This document shows, piece after piece, positions 9,598 to 18,700 of a DNA stretch of 64,000 nucleotides (its first letter is position 1; every line of letters starts with the position of its first letter). Source of the DNA: Candidatus Omnitrophota bacterium (lineage in GTDB: Bacteria > Omnitrophota > Gorgyraeia > DTHP01). Below the pieces are notes generated by a model. The model was not told where the DNA came from. It worked only from the letters and a program-made list of their open reading frames with translations, and made no database searches. The stretch spans positions 75,231-139,230 of the forward strand of contig JAMWCW010000002.1 of assembly GCA_023819145.1 (NCBI GenBank). Direction: 5' to 3'. Position numbers and translations under genes: made by a program.

Positions 9598-11066
9598 TTT
9601 GAAGAAAAATCCTTTATATGCCCTACAACCTTAACCCCTGCCTTTTTAAAATAAAGCAAATCTAGAAAATCTCTTATAGACCTAATACGATTATAGATAA
9701 ATTCAGGATGAAAAGAAACTCGATAAATTCTCTGCACAAGTTTCATAAGAGTTTCATCAGGAATAGGAGTTTTCATTATCGGTTCCTTCATGTCAAACCT
9801 GTCCCAAGAGAATGTCTTTAACCAACCCTTCTCTTTACATTCTTCAAATAAAGGAGTACATGGATAGGGAATTACCAGAGTTGCTTGTACTGTGTACGCA
9901 TATCCTTTCCTTAAAAGCCAGCTTCCTAACTTCAATGTTTTTAAAGCATCTTCATAATCTTCCCATGGATAACCAAACATAATAGTAATGTGTGGAAAAA
10001 GTTCTGCCTTACGCGCAATTTTACAATCTTCTATAATTTTTTCCACGGTTAAATTTTTGTTTATTCTATCTAAAGTCTTTTGATTTGCTGACTCTAGTCC
10101 AAAAAGAAGCAACCTAAAATTAGCCTTTTTCATTAACCTAAAATCCTCAAAAGTCAATGCTCCAAATCTCATATTACAGTCTATATATATTTTTTTATGA
10201 TAACCTCTCTTTATCATTCCTTGACAAAACTCCTTAAGCCAATCTCCTTTGGGAAAGGTTCCTGTATCATCCATTATTTCTTTTATTTTATACCTGTCAA
10301 TCAATATCCCAATCTCACTTAGAACATTATCCGCTTTTCGTACTTTAAATTTGGGATACAAAGTAGGCCAACTACAAAAACTACATTTTCCCCACCAGCA
10401 ATCTCTACCTGACATAATATAAGTTCCTGGAGTACGTTTATAATTTCCATTTTTATAAGCGTAGAGTTGCCATTTAGTCAAATCGCGGTCTATAAAAGGC
10501 AGAGAATTTAGATCGTGGTTTAGTTGAAAAATCCCAGTTTTTTTAACCTCTCCATTTTCACGGTAGTAAATCCCTGGCTCCAATTCCGACACTCCCAGTT
10601 GATAATTCGCAGTTCCTAATTTTTTAAGACTATTACATAGACTTAATAATAAAAAGTCATAATCACCACCCGTTAGAACAAAATCTACATTAGAATTTTG
10701 AAAAGACTCCTCTGGCAAAGCAGTAACATGGTCACCAAATAAAACAGTTATCGGGTTACAAAGTTGCTTGAGTTCATCTATTATACTCCAATGTTGTTTG
10801 ATAACTGGGGTTTTTGTCTCCATCGCAATTAAATCAGGTTTTTCTCTCTTAATAATTTCCAAGAATTCATTATAAGAAATCCCTTCCGCAATTCCATCTA
10901 TCCAGATAACTTCGTGTCCACTATTCTTTAACAAAGTAGCAGCCATTGCGGGAACTACTGGATAAATGTAGGTTGGTTCTTTAAAATACTGAAACTGGCG
11001 ATTCTGACTCAAAAGCGGAGTTCCTTTTTTTGAATCTAAGGGAGGATAAGCAATTACTACCTTCAT
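9585..11066 (-). CDS. B12-binding domain radical SAM protein
   Basis: N-terminal Rossmann-like B12-binding region. Cys cluster GRDCWWGKCSFCSW (C-x4-C-x2-C, not the usual C-x3-C-x2-C). 493 aa. Confidence 0.65.
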   Translation of the reverse strand: MKVVIAYPPLDSKKGTPLLSQNRQFQYFKEPTYIYPVVPAMAATLLKNSGHEVIWIDGIAEGISYNEFLEIIKREKPDLIAMETKTPVIKQHWSIIDELKQLCNPITVLFGDHVTALPEESFQNSNVDFVLTGGDYDFLLLSLCNSLKKLGTANYQLGVSELEPGIYYRENGEVKKTGIFQLNHDLNSLPFIDRDLTKWQLYAYKNGNYKRTPGTYIMSGRDCWWGKCSFCSWPTLYPKFKVRKADNVLSEIGILIDRYKIKEIMDDTGTFPKGDWLKEFCQGMIKRGYHKKIYIDCNMRFGALTFEDFRLMKKANFRLLLFGLESANQKTLDRINKNLTVEKIIEDCKIARKAELFPHITIMFGYPWEDYEDALKTLKLGSWLLRKGYAYTVQATLVIPYPCTPLFEECKEKGWLKTFSWDRFDMKEPIMKTPIPDETLMKLVQRIYRVSFHPEFIYNRIRSIRDFLDLLYFKKAGVKVVGHIKDFSSNLTI

Positions 11067-12058
11067 TATTCCTCTTTCATCTTTCTAGAAAATAATCCTT
11101 TTAAAAAATAAATACCGTAGGTAAAATGAGTTAGTATTATACCTAAAGACAAAAATAAAAATAATTTTAATCGACTAGATATCTTAAGTTTAGACTTCTC
11201 TACAGTAATTATTTTAAAAATACTAAAAAGAAGAGAAATAAAAATATAAAAAGAAAAAATAAAAAGAAAAACATTTCCAAAAAAAACATTTCCAATTATT
11301 CCCATAAATCCTGAAAAAATAGTAACAAGAATAAACAAAGAGGGAGTAAGATATGAAATCTTAAAAGAAGTTTCAGGAAACCGTTTAGCAAAATATCCCC
11401 TATGAAGTGCATAATTAGAGACCTGTTTTAAATGAGAAACAAATAAGGGACGACGGTGATGATAGACCACTAATTCTGGAACATAAAGAATTTTCTTACG
11501 CAGTTTTTTAACAATTTCTAAGCATAGGAAAGTATCTTCTCCAGGCCAAAAATTGGTTTTAAATCCTCCTAATTTTTCAAAAATTTCTCTACGAATAATG
11601 AAATTGCAGGAAGGATAATCATCCACTTCTCTTCTTCTTTCAGGACGGTAGCGATAAGTAAGCCCATCGCTTACCAAAAAAGTCTCATAAATCAACCCGC
11701 TGGATAATTGTCTCAAGCTATCTTCCTGAGGAGTTATTGCAGGACCACCTATCGCAGCAATTTCTGAATTCAAGAAATAACTCGTTCCTAATTTTAGCCA
11801 ATCCTTTTTAGGATAGGCATCGTCATCAATAAAGGCAATAAATTCCCCTAATGAAATTCCCAGGATTTTATTTCTTTTTACAGGGGGATTAACTTTTCCT
11901 GTAGGGATAACTTTAACTTTTGAATCATGATAACTAAATTCTTCATCAGGTAAAACAATTATTTCATAATCCGAATAATCTAATTCCAAACAATGCCTTA
12001 AACACTCTTCTAAATAAGGATTAGACTTTTTGCAGGCAATAACTATGGATACTTTCAT
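11066..12058 (-). CDS. GT2 glycosyltransferase with C-terminal transmembrane segments
   Basis: MKVSIVIACKK...YEIIVLPDEE...FIDDDAYP. The C-terminal 100 aa is hydrophobic. Confidence 0.75.
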   Translation of the reverse strand: MKVSIVIACKKSNPYLEECLRHCLELDYSDYEIIVLPDEEFSYHDSKVKVIPTGKVNPPVKRNKILGISLGEFIAFIDDDAYPKKDWLKLGTSYFLNSEIAAIGGPAITPQEDSLRQLSSGLIYETFLVSDGLTYRYRPERRREVDDYPSCNFIIRREIFEKLGGFKTNFWPGEDTFLCLEIVKKLRKKILYVPELVVYHHRRPLFVSHLKQVSNYALHRGYFAKRFPETSFKISYLTPSLFILVTIFSGFMGIIGNVFFGNVFLFIFSFYIFISLLFSIFKIITVEKSKLKISSRLKLFLFLSLGIILTHFTYGIYFLKGLFSRKMKEE

Positions 12059-12061
12059 TAT

Positions 12062-12799
12062 CTAAAATCTCCTATAATATCGTAAGATATAAAGGCGATA
12101 AAAAATAGCCAAAGTATCTTTAAAGATATTTAAAATAGAAGACAAATCCACGGAACTTTGCCAGTGTTGATCGAGCTTCACTGGTGCTTCTACTATTTTA
12201 TAACCTAAGCGATGTACATTAACCAAAACCTCCACATCAAAAGCAAATCTTTTAACCAATATTTTGGGAAATACCCTTTCTAAAATCTCATATTTGAATA
12301 ACTTCAATCCTGTCTGGGTATCACGCACAGGTAAGCCAAAAAGAATCTTGATAAGATAATAATAGCCCAAACTTAAAATACGGCGTAAGAGAGGATAATT
12401 AAGTCGGGAATTGGGATGGAATTTTGAACCAATCACCACATCCGCCTCATCAAGGAGCATAATATCAAAAAAGGTAGAAATCTGTTCAGGATGAAGGGAT
12501 AAATCCGCATCCATAAAAACCACCCACTCTCCTCTACAATAACGAAATCCTTTCTTTAAAGCCCTTCCTTTTCCGAAATTCTTCTTATTCCTTGTAAGGA
12601 TTATTTGAGGATATTTTTGCGCAAATCTTTTTAATTTAAAGAAAGTATCGTCTTCTGAACCATCATCAACCACAATTATTTCATATGGACATAAAAATTT
12701 TTCAAGTGTCTTTAAAATCTCAAATAGCGATGACTCAATAAATCCTGAGCCGTTATAAACAGGAACAATTACTGAAACCTTCCCATTTAAATTATCCAT
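12062..12799 (-). CDS. GT2 glycosyltransferase, polyprenol-phosphate sugar transferase (Dpm1/ArnC-like)
   Basis: VSVIVPVYNGSG...EIIVVDDGSEDDT...FMDADLS. Confidence 0.8.
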   Translation of the reverse strand: MDNLNGKVSVIVPVYNGSGFIESSLFEILKTLEKFLCPYEIIVVDDGSEDDTFFKLKRFAQKYPQIILTRNKKNFGKGRALKKGFRYCRGEWVVFMDADLSLHPEQISTFFDIMLLDEADVVIGSKFHPNSRLNYPLLRRILSLGYYYLIKILFGLPVRDTQTGLKLFKYEILERVFPKILVKRFAFDVEVLVNVHRLGYKIVEAPVKLDQHWQSSVDLSSILNIFKDTLAIFYRLYILRYYRRF

Positions 12800-12804
12800 G
12801 ATGA

Positions 12805-14070
12805 TTATGCGGATTTATAAAATACCAACCAGAGATTTAAACACAAAAGAAATAAAAAAGATATAAAGATTAAAACAAGCACCTGCAAAAGACTTTTATG
12901 AAACAGAGAAATTAAAACAATCTCTAAGAGAACTGTTCCCAGAAAAATATTGAGGTATCTTCTCTTATCAAGAGATAAATAATAATTCATAAAAACAAAA
13001 AGAATACTAAGTAAAACCATATTAATAGAAAACATACGCACCAGAGGAAAGCATTCTTTATAGACTTTACCGACAAGCACCTTTAGTACCAACTCAGGGA
13101 AGAATATGGTAAAGAAAGCAATCAGACTAGAAAGAAAAAACATATAAAATATACTCTTTTTTAGAACAACCCTTGTATCTTTATTTTTTGCCTGAAGATT
13201 GGCCACCTTGGGAAACATAACCGCAATAATAGAAGAAGGGAAAAAGAAAACCATCTTACCTACCACTTGAGAAATAGAGTACAATCCTGCTTCAAGGGGC
13301 TCAAAAAATCGTTTTACCAAAATTATATCTATATTCAAAAAGGCGGTTCCTGCCAGAGTGACTATAAATACCGAAAATAGATATCTATAGACACTACTAA
13401 AATCAAAATCTTTATCTTCCAAGATAGAATTCATAGTCTTGGGTAAACTTTTTCTTTGAAAATAAAAAGAAATGACTAAGCCTAAAAAAGAAGAAATTAG
13501 AAATGACAACAAAGCTCCCCTTACCCCTAACAGTAATTTTATAAAAATAAAAACCAGGATTAACTTTGCTAAACCAGAAACAATAGAATTAAAACTTATA
13601 TACCAAAATTTTTGTAATCCTACCAAAATAGACTGTGGAAGAGCAGAAAGATAACTACATAAAATAATCAAGTTAAGCAGAAGAAAATTAATTCCATTGG
13701 AAATTTTCAAAAAGTCACTCAGGGGTTTATGAAATACTGTAAGAATTAAAGAAATAAAGAAACCAATTAGAAATATCCATTTACCTAAAAAAATAATAAA
13801 TCTTCTTATTCTATAGAAATTTTGCTGGGCATAAAATTGAGAGACAAAACGCCTAATGGCTATAGAAAATGCAGCGGGTAATTGAGAGAGAAGCATTAAA
13901 ATAGACAATAAAGAATTAAAAATTCCAAAATCTGAAGGAGAAAGACTTCTTGTCAAAAAAATCGTATATATTAAGTTAAAAAAATTTGTAAAACTTGTTC
14001 CTAAAAACATAATTAAAGAATCTTTTGCCAAATCATCACGAAATATATTTTTAATATTCATATTAGGCAA
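12805..14070 (-). CDS. Oligosaccharide/polysaccharide flippase (Wzx-like, MOP superfamily)
   Basis: 421 aa with about 12 TM helices. N-terminal region typical of polysaccharide biosynthesis (PST) family proteins. Confidence 0.6.
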   Translation of the reverse strand: MPNMNIKNIFRDDLAKDSLIMFLGTSFTNFFNLIYTIFLTRSLSPSDFGIFNSLLSILMLLSQLPAAFSIAIRRFVSQFYAQQNFYRIRRFIIFLGKWIFLIGFFISLILTVFHKPLSDFLKISNGINFLLLNLIILCSYLSALPQSILVGLQKFWYISFNSIVSGLAKLILVFIFIKLLLGVRGALLSFLISSFLGLVISFYFQRKSLPKTMNSILEDKDFDFSSVYRYLFSVFIVTLAGTAFLNIDIILVKRFFEPLEAGLYSISQVVGKMVFFFPSSIIAVMFPKVANLQAKNKDTRVVLKKSIFYMFFLSSLIAFFTIFFPELVLKVLVGKVYKECFPLVRMFSINMVLLSILFVFMNYYLSLDKRRYLNIFLGTVLLEIVLISLFHKSLLQVLVLIFISFLFLLCLNLWLVFYKSA

Positions 14071-14195
14071 GATTTTTTATCATCTAATTTTGTAAAATTT
14101 ACCCTAACCGCATTTGCTAATTCCTTATGTTTAAAATCAATCATACTTTTAGCAATTTATTAACAATCTTAACAATTTTTTTCTTACTTAAGTAA

Positions 14196-14228
14196 TTTTA
14201 CACTTTAAGTTCAGCTTAAATTGTCAAA
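14196..14228. repeat. 33-bp dyad element, copy D: TTTTACA-N19-TGTCAAA with a GTTCAGCT core. Overlaps the stop of the 14211..15029 gene, about 125 nt upstream of the flippase start.
   Basis: 33/38 identity with copy A. Same geometry. Confidence 0.7.
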
Positions 14229-15029
14229 TTTGGCAAGACGAAAGAAAATATTTCCCGAGTTATTATATGCTTTCCCAAGTAAAGGAATGTTTTTGTCCCC
14301 TGTGTCTAAAAAGTATATTTTTGCATCCAGACTGTGGCGCATTATGTCTCCTTTTCTTCTCCTTAGCAATAGATTCACCTCCCACACTTTATAGGCTCTT
14401 CCTTCTATTCTATACTCCTTTTTATTTAACACCTCTATCTTCACTCTATAGTTTGCCTGGTTGGAATTAAGATTCAATTCTTCTCCTTTATATGCATCAA
14501 ATTTTATCCTCATCAAATAAAAAATCAGAGAAAGCGGTTCATGGGTAAACGGAAAAATCACATACCGTTTTCCTTCAGAGATTATATACCCCTCTTCTTG
14601 ATTATAAATAATCTCATTTTTCTCCTTTATCTTATCATCCATGTGTATCTCTGTAGAAAAATACACTGGAAGCATCTTTGATGTATCCAGATAAGAAATT
14701 ATCTTTGCCTTCGCCGGTTTTAGCCAAGAAAAAGGAAATGTATCCTCTGCAGTCATCTCAAGCTGATATATAGACCTCTGATTATATTGTGAAAGGCCTA
14801 TTGAATGATAAAACGCCTTACCTATAGGAAAGACATTTAAATAATTAATCTGAAAATTTAAAGAAAAACTATCTTTCAATATTTCTAATCTTTCCGGAGA
14901 AGCAATTACTTTTCTAATTATCGTTTCTATCTTATTATTATAATAATTTTCCCAGCCTATAAGAAAAATTATTAACCCTATAAGAATAAAGAAAATTATT
15001 TTAAGTTTCTTCATCATTCTAACATACAT
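14211..15029 (-). CDS. Hypothetical secreted/periplasmic protein
   Basis: N-terminal signal/anchor KKLKIIFFILIGLIIFLIGW. No recognisable catalytic motif. Confidence 0.4.
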   Translation of the reverse strand: MYVRMMKKLKIIFFILIGLIIFLIGWENYYNNKIETIIRKVIASPERLEILKDSFSLNFQINYLNVFPIGKAFYHSIGLSQYNQRSIYQLEMTAEDTFPFSWLKPAKAKIISYLDTSKMLPVYFSTEIHMDDKIKEKNEIIYNQEEGYIISEGKRYVIFPFTHEPLSLIFYLMRIKFDAYKGEELNLNSNQANYRVKIEVLNKKEYRIEGRAYKVWEVNLLLRRRKGDIMRHSLDAKIYFLDTGDKNIPLLGKAYNNSGNIFFRLAKFDNLS

Positions 15030-16867
15030 AAATTTGGATTTATTGGCTCAGCAATCACTTCATAAACATCAATAGGTCCTGTTTTTTTAACACACATAAT
15101 ATCTTTTTTAGGACACTCCTCTGCGGGAAAGCTCTTAACCAACTTAAGAGAGGAATTTTGAGGTATTTTTTCAAATTCTTTTTTATCCTCCAAAAGCTCT
15201 GAATTTAGATATCCATCATAATGCACAATTACATATCTTACACCCCTCCATTTCAAAATTCCCGCAGTTCTTGGTTCTGAGAGATTACGAATTTCCTGAG
15301 CAACTCGGTTAGCATAACTTCCTGGGATTGTCCCATTGATAATTTTCTTCTCATGCTTTGTCTGATAAAACTTATACATTTCATTGGGTGAGTCCGCATC
15401 CAGAGGATATTCGGCAATAGCAAAATCGCCGGGTTGCTCTTTAAGCCAATAATATACTTCAGGCACTTTTGAGACATCAATTACCTTATACGGTGGATAG
15501 TTCCAGAATTCAAAAAGCACCAGACTACAGAAAAGCGCAGTTATAGCAAGCTTTGTCTTCCGGTGCTTAAATCTTTCTAAAATAAACTTTAAACCAAATC
15601 CTGCCAAAACACTAACTGGCAGCATCAGCACAATCCCAAACCGACAATAAGCCCGAAACATTGGCAGTATCTTATACATAAAAAACGAAGGCATAAAAAT
15701 CTTAATTGGTCCAAATTTCCACCAGGGCGGTTGAGAAAAAAACCAAGCCACAATTGACAAGAATACAAAAAATCCAATATAAAAATCTTCTCTTTCTGTT
15801 AACTGTTCACTGTTAATTGTTAACTGCTTATTTTTGCGTCTCTTTCGCCAGGCTCTAAATGCAATAAAAGCTAAGGTAAGCCCTGTCCATCCCAAATAAA
15901 GCGTATGCTCGGTAAAACTTACCCCATACAAATGCGAGCCAATAAACCTCTCCGTAAATTTTCCAAAAATCGGATGAACCACCGCAGGAAGAAGATAACT
16001 TAATGGCTTTGCCGATTGGGTAAATAAATCTTCAAAGGGTCGGGCATAATGACTAAAAGCCGAAGGAGTAAAATTTATTTTATTCATAGATAATCTATTC
16101 TTTATCGCCCATAAAAATTGGGGAAGCAGAATAACAAAAACAAGCGCCATAGAAATAAAGACTTTTCCCAGAAATCTAAAGTCAGAAATAAATAATTCAT
16201 TCTTTTTAAAAAATTTTACTCTCCAACGATAAAAGAAAACATAAACCAAAAAACAGAATAGACTGATTATCCCCATATACATTATTGACCAGTCAAAGGA
16301 TAAAAGAAGAAAGAAACTTATAAAAAATAAAAAGATTCTCTTTTTGCTGAATGGATTTTCTTTTAATAAAATTACACTCAAAAGAATCAAAAGAAGCCAT
16401 TGATTATAGGTTAACCCTACGTGTTGCCAGATGCGCACAAATTGATAGGGGCAAAGACCAAAGATTGTTCCTCCTAAAATTCCTGAGAGTTTATTTTTTG
16501 TGAGATAAAAGACTAAAAGATAGGAAAATACCAAAGATAAAAAGAGATTAAGTAAAATCTGGATATTCCAGGTAAGCACCGGGGTGGTAAAAATACTCAA
16601 AAGATGTGTCCAGAAAAGCCAGAGATAAGAGATAGAACCTGATGCATACAAGTCCATACCAAAAGGATGAGCAATTAAATCCGTTCTTTTTAAAGAGAGT
16701 TTATTTAAAAACGAATACTTAATCCTCCAAAAACTCCAAATTGCCCCATAAGGCTCATCGGTTGAGAAAAAGCCAGGGATATGGGTAGTGGTTTCAAAAA
16801 TTAAAGGAAAAGTCATCGCTATAATCAGAAGAATAAAGATTATAGTAATCAAAAATTTTTTTCTCAT
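15014..16867 (-). CDS. Polytopic membrane protein with a C-terminal soluble domain, GT-C-like (ArnT/PMT/YfhO-type architecture)
   Basis: 617 aa. About 12 N-terminal TM helices followed by a ~220-aa hydrophilic domain. Confidence 0.4.
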   Translation of the reverse strand: MRKKFLITIIFILLIIAMTFPLIFETTTHIPGFFSTDEPYGAIWSFWRIKYSFLNKLSLKRTDLIAHPFGMDLYASGSISYLWLFWTHLLSIFTTPVLTWNIQILLNLFLSLVFSYLLVFYLTKNKLSGILGGTIFGLCPYQFVRIWQHVGLTYNQWLLLILLSVILLKENPFSKKRIFLFFISFFLLLSFDWSIMYMGIISLFCFLVYVFFYRWRVKFFKKNELFISDFRFLGKVFISMALVFVILLPQFLWAIKNRLSMNKINFTPSAFSHYARPFEDLFTQSAKPLSYLLPAVVHPIFGKFTERFIGSHLYGVSFTEHTLYLGWTGLTLAFIAFRAWRKRRKNKQLTINSEQLTEREDFYIGFFVFLSIVAWFFSQPPWWKFGPIKIFMPSFFMYKILPMFRAYCRFGIVLMLPVSVLAGFGLKFILERFKHRKTKLAITALFCSLVLFEFWNYPPYKVIDVSKVPEVYYWLKEQPGDFAIAEYPLDADSPNEMYKFYQTKHEKKIINGTIPGSYANRVAQEIRNLSEPRTAGILKWRGVRYVIVHYDGYLNSELLEDKKEFEKIPQNSSLKLVKSFPAEECPKKDIMCVKKTGPIDVYEVIAEPINPNLCMLE

Positions 16868-17817
16868 TCTTTTTGTTTTTCTTCTCTTATAAACTTCACA
16901 AACTTAATCCCTACTCCCAGAACTAATACAAGATAGGCAAGATTGGCAATTTGCTCGGCAACCGGCTCTAATTTAAAGATTAAGAGAAATGCACATAAGA
17001 TTAGCAGAAACATAAAGGTAAGAATGCATTTATCAGAAAATTCTCTTGTCATAATCCAGTAAACAATGCGGTTAGAAAGAAATAAATCTTTATCTTTTTG
17101 AAAATTCTCTTTTAATAACTTGATATCTATTTTTCTTGCTGAAAAAATTAGAAACAAAGGAACCATTATTATACCTACCAAAAATATGCTCATTCCTAAA
17201 AAAGAATAAATATGAAGAATAATTCTATAAGGGCTGAATTGGGAGATAAAAAAACTAAAAAGAAAAAATAAGAAACAGGGAATATAGGAAAGAATGATGA
17301 TTAGAAGGTTTTTTGTTAGAAAAGAAAAAAATCTAAAGATAAAAAATATGGACAGGCTAAATAAAACAATGCCTAAAAGAAATTTTCTAAAATTGAATCT
17401 CTTTTCTTTTAAAAATTTACTCTCTTTAAATAGAACAGTGCCATAATCTGCGGTTCCTAAATGGTTCCTTATCCTTAAAGAATAACTCAAAGGCGAAACT
17501 ATCTTAATTTTATTTGAGCCTTCATTGACCAGATCCTCTGGAAGAGAAAAATATAACTCCTTTAATTCTCCTCTTTTGCGAAAATAAAAATGGCTTAAGA
17601 TTTTGTCATTAAAATAAACTTCTTGCGGAGAATCTTTTCCCCAGACCTTTAAAATATAGATATCTTTTTCTGGAAGATTAAATTGAGTTATTCCTTTTAC
17701 ATCCTTTAATTTCAATTTAAATCCTTTAAAATCTCCAATCACAAAATAATTGTAGAAGAAAGAAAATATCGCTCCTAAAATTAAAGAGATGAGAATTAAT
17801 TTTTTATTTTGGAACAT
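16864..17817 (-). CDS. Hypothetical membrane protein
   Basis: 317 aa. N-terminal TM, a hydrophilic middle, then C-terminal TM helices. Overlaps its neighbours by 4 and 22 nt (operon). Confidence 0.4.
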   Translation of the reverse strand: MFQNKKLILISLILGAIFSFFYNYFVIGDFKGFKLKLKDVKGITQFNLPEKDIYILKVWGKDSPQEVYFNDKILSHFYFRKRGELKELYFSLPEDLVNEGSNKIKIVSPLSYSLRIRNHLGTADYGTVLFKESKFLKEKRFNFRKFLLGIVLFSLSIFFIFRFFSFLTKNLLIIILSYIPCFLFFLFSFFISQFSPYRIILHIYSFLGMSIFLVGIIMVPLFLIFSARKIDIKLLKENFQKDKDLFLSNRIVYWIMTREFSDKCILTFMFLLILCAFLLIFKLEPVAEQIANLAYLVLVLGVGIKFVKFIREEKQKE

Positions 17818-18692
17818 ATTTTATTTTTAAGAAAATTAACTAAAAGAAAGATAATGCATCCCAAAAAAGTTATTCCTGAAATTCCTAATCCTAAATAGAA
17901 CAAACTCTGCGGCCAAAAATAAATTGCCAGCACAAAATTCTCACCCAACCCCAATTTTTCCGGCTCAATATACCATCCATTGGCATAGCCATTGACTAAA
18001 TGATGCGGGGCTTCTAGAGGTTTTTCAAACAAAAATCTTATATCTTGGGGTGTAAACTTCATCAAGTGTCTTGCCTCTTTTACTTTTAATTTCGGATAAT
18101 CCGCCACGATTTCCTCAAATTCTGGTGCACTGATATTCTGGATTGCTCTATACAGTTTCCATTGCTTATGAAAACTCTCAGAGAATACCAACCACAATGG
18201 CTCCGTTGCTCTTTCTACTTTTACTAAGTATTTGGTAGGATTTATCTTTTTAAAGGTGATTTCTGGTTCATTTATGGATAGTGGCTGGATACTGGATACT
18301 GGTTCTAAAATCACCCACTCTACCTCAAAAGTCGGATTTTCCAACTTCTCATATTTATGCTTTCCTTTTGCCAGCTCAATCCTTTTTACCAAAACATCCC
18401 TTTCTAAATCCTCAAAATTTTTTGGCAACTCAAAATCATTTAATCTAAAGACCTGCTGGTCTATCTTTACCAGCGGGGAATTAAATTCATTGCTTTGTTT
18501 CGGTATCTCTTGACTAAAATCTCTGGGCTCGCTAACCTTTGGTTTCAGTTTTACTTTTAAATCGTATAATCTATTTTCTGAAATGGGATATATCTTTTTC
18601 TCCTCTGTATATAAATCTATACTTTGGGCATTTGCCTTTAAAACAATCATTAATAATCCAATCCCGATTACTATCCAGATTTTCTTAGGCAT
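17796..18692 (-). CDS. Hypothetical exported protein with a C-terminal membrane anchor
   Basis: Signal peptide MPKKIWIVIGIGLLMIVLKANA. C-terminal TM segment. Confidence 0.4.
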   Translation of the reverse strand: MPKKIWIVIGIGLLMIVLKANAQSIDLYTEEKKIYPISENRLYDLKVKLKPKVSEPRDFSQEIPKQSNEFNSPLVKIDQQVFRLNDFELPKNFEDLERDVLVKRIELAKGKHKYEKLENPTFEVEWVILEPVSSIQPLSINEPEITFKKINPTKYLVKVERATEPLWLVFSESFHKQWKLYRAIQNISAPEFEEIVADYPKLKVKEARHLMKFTPQDIRFLFEKPLEAPHHLVNGYANGWYIEPEKLGLGENFVLAIYFWPQSLFYLGLGISGITFLGCIIFLLVNFLKNKICSKIKN

Positions 18693-18700
18693 ATTTTGGG

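Noticed and set aside
15253-15480. Short minus-strand ORFs nested inside larger minus-strand genes (15253..15480, 20287..20481, 30341..30529, 32631..32831).
   Set aside because: These are alternative frames of confidently assigned genes (the GT-C-like protein, the 794-aa membrane protein, UXS and the TviB-like dehydrogenase). There is no independent evidence for them.
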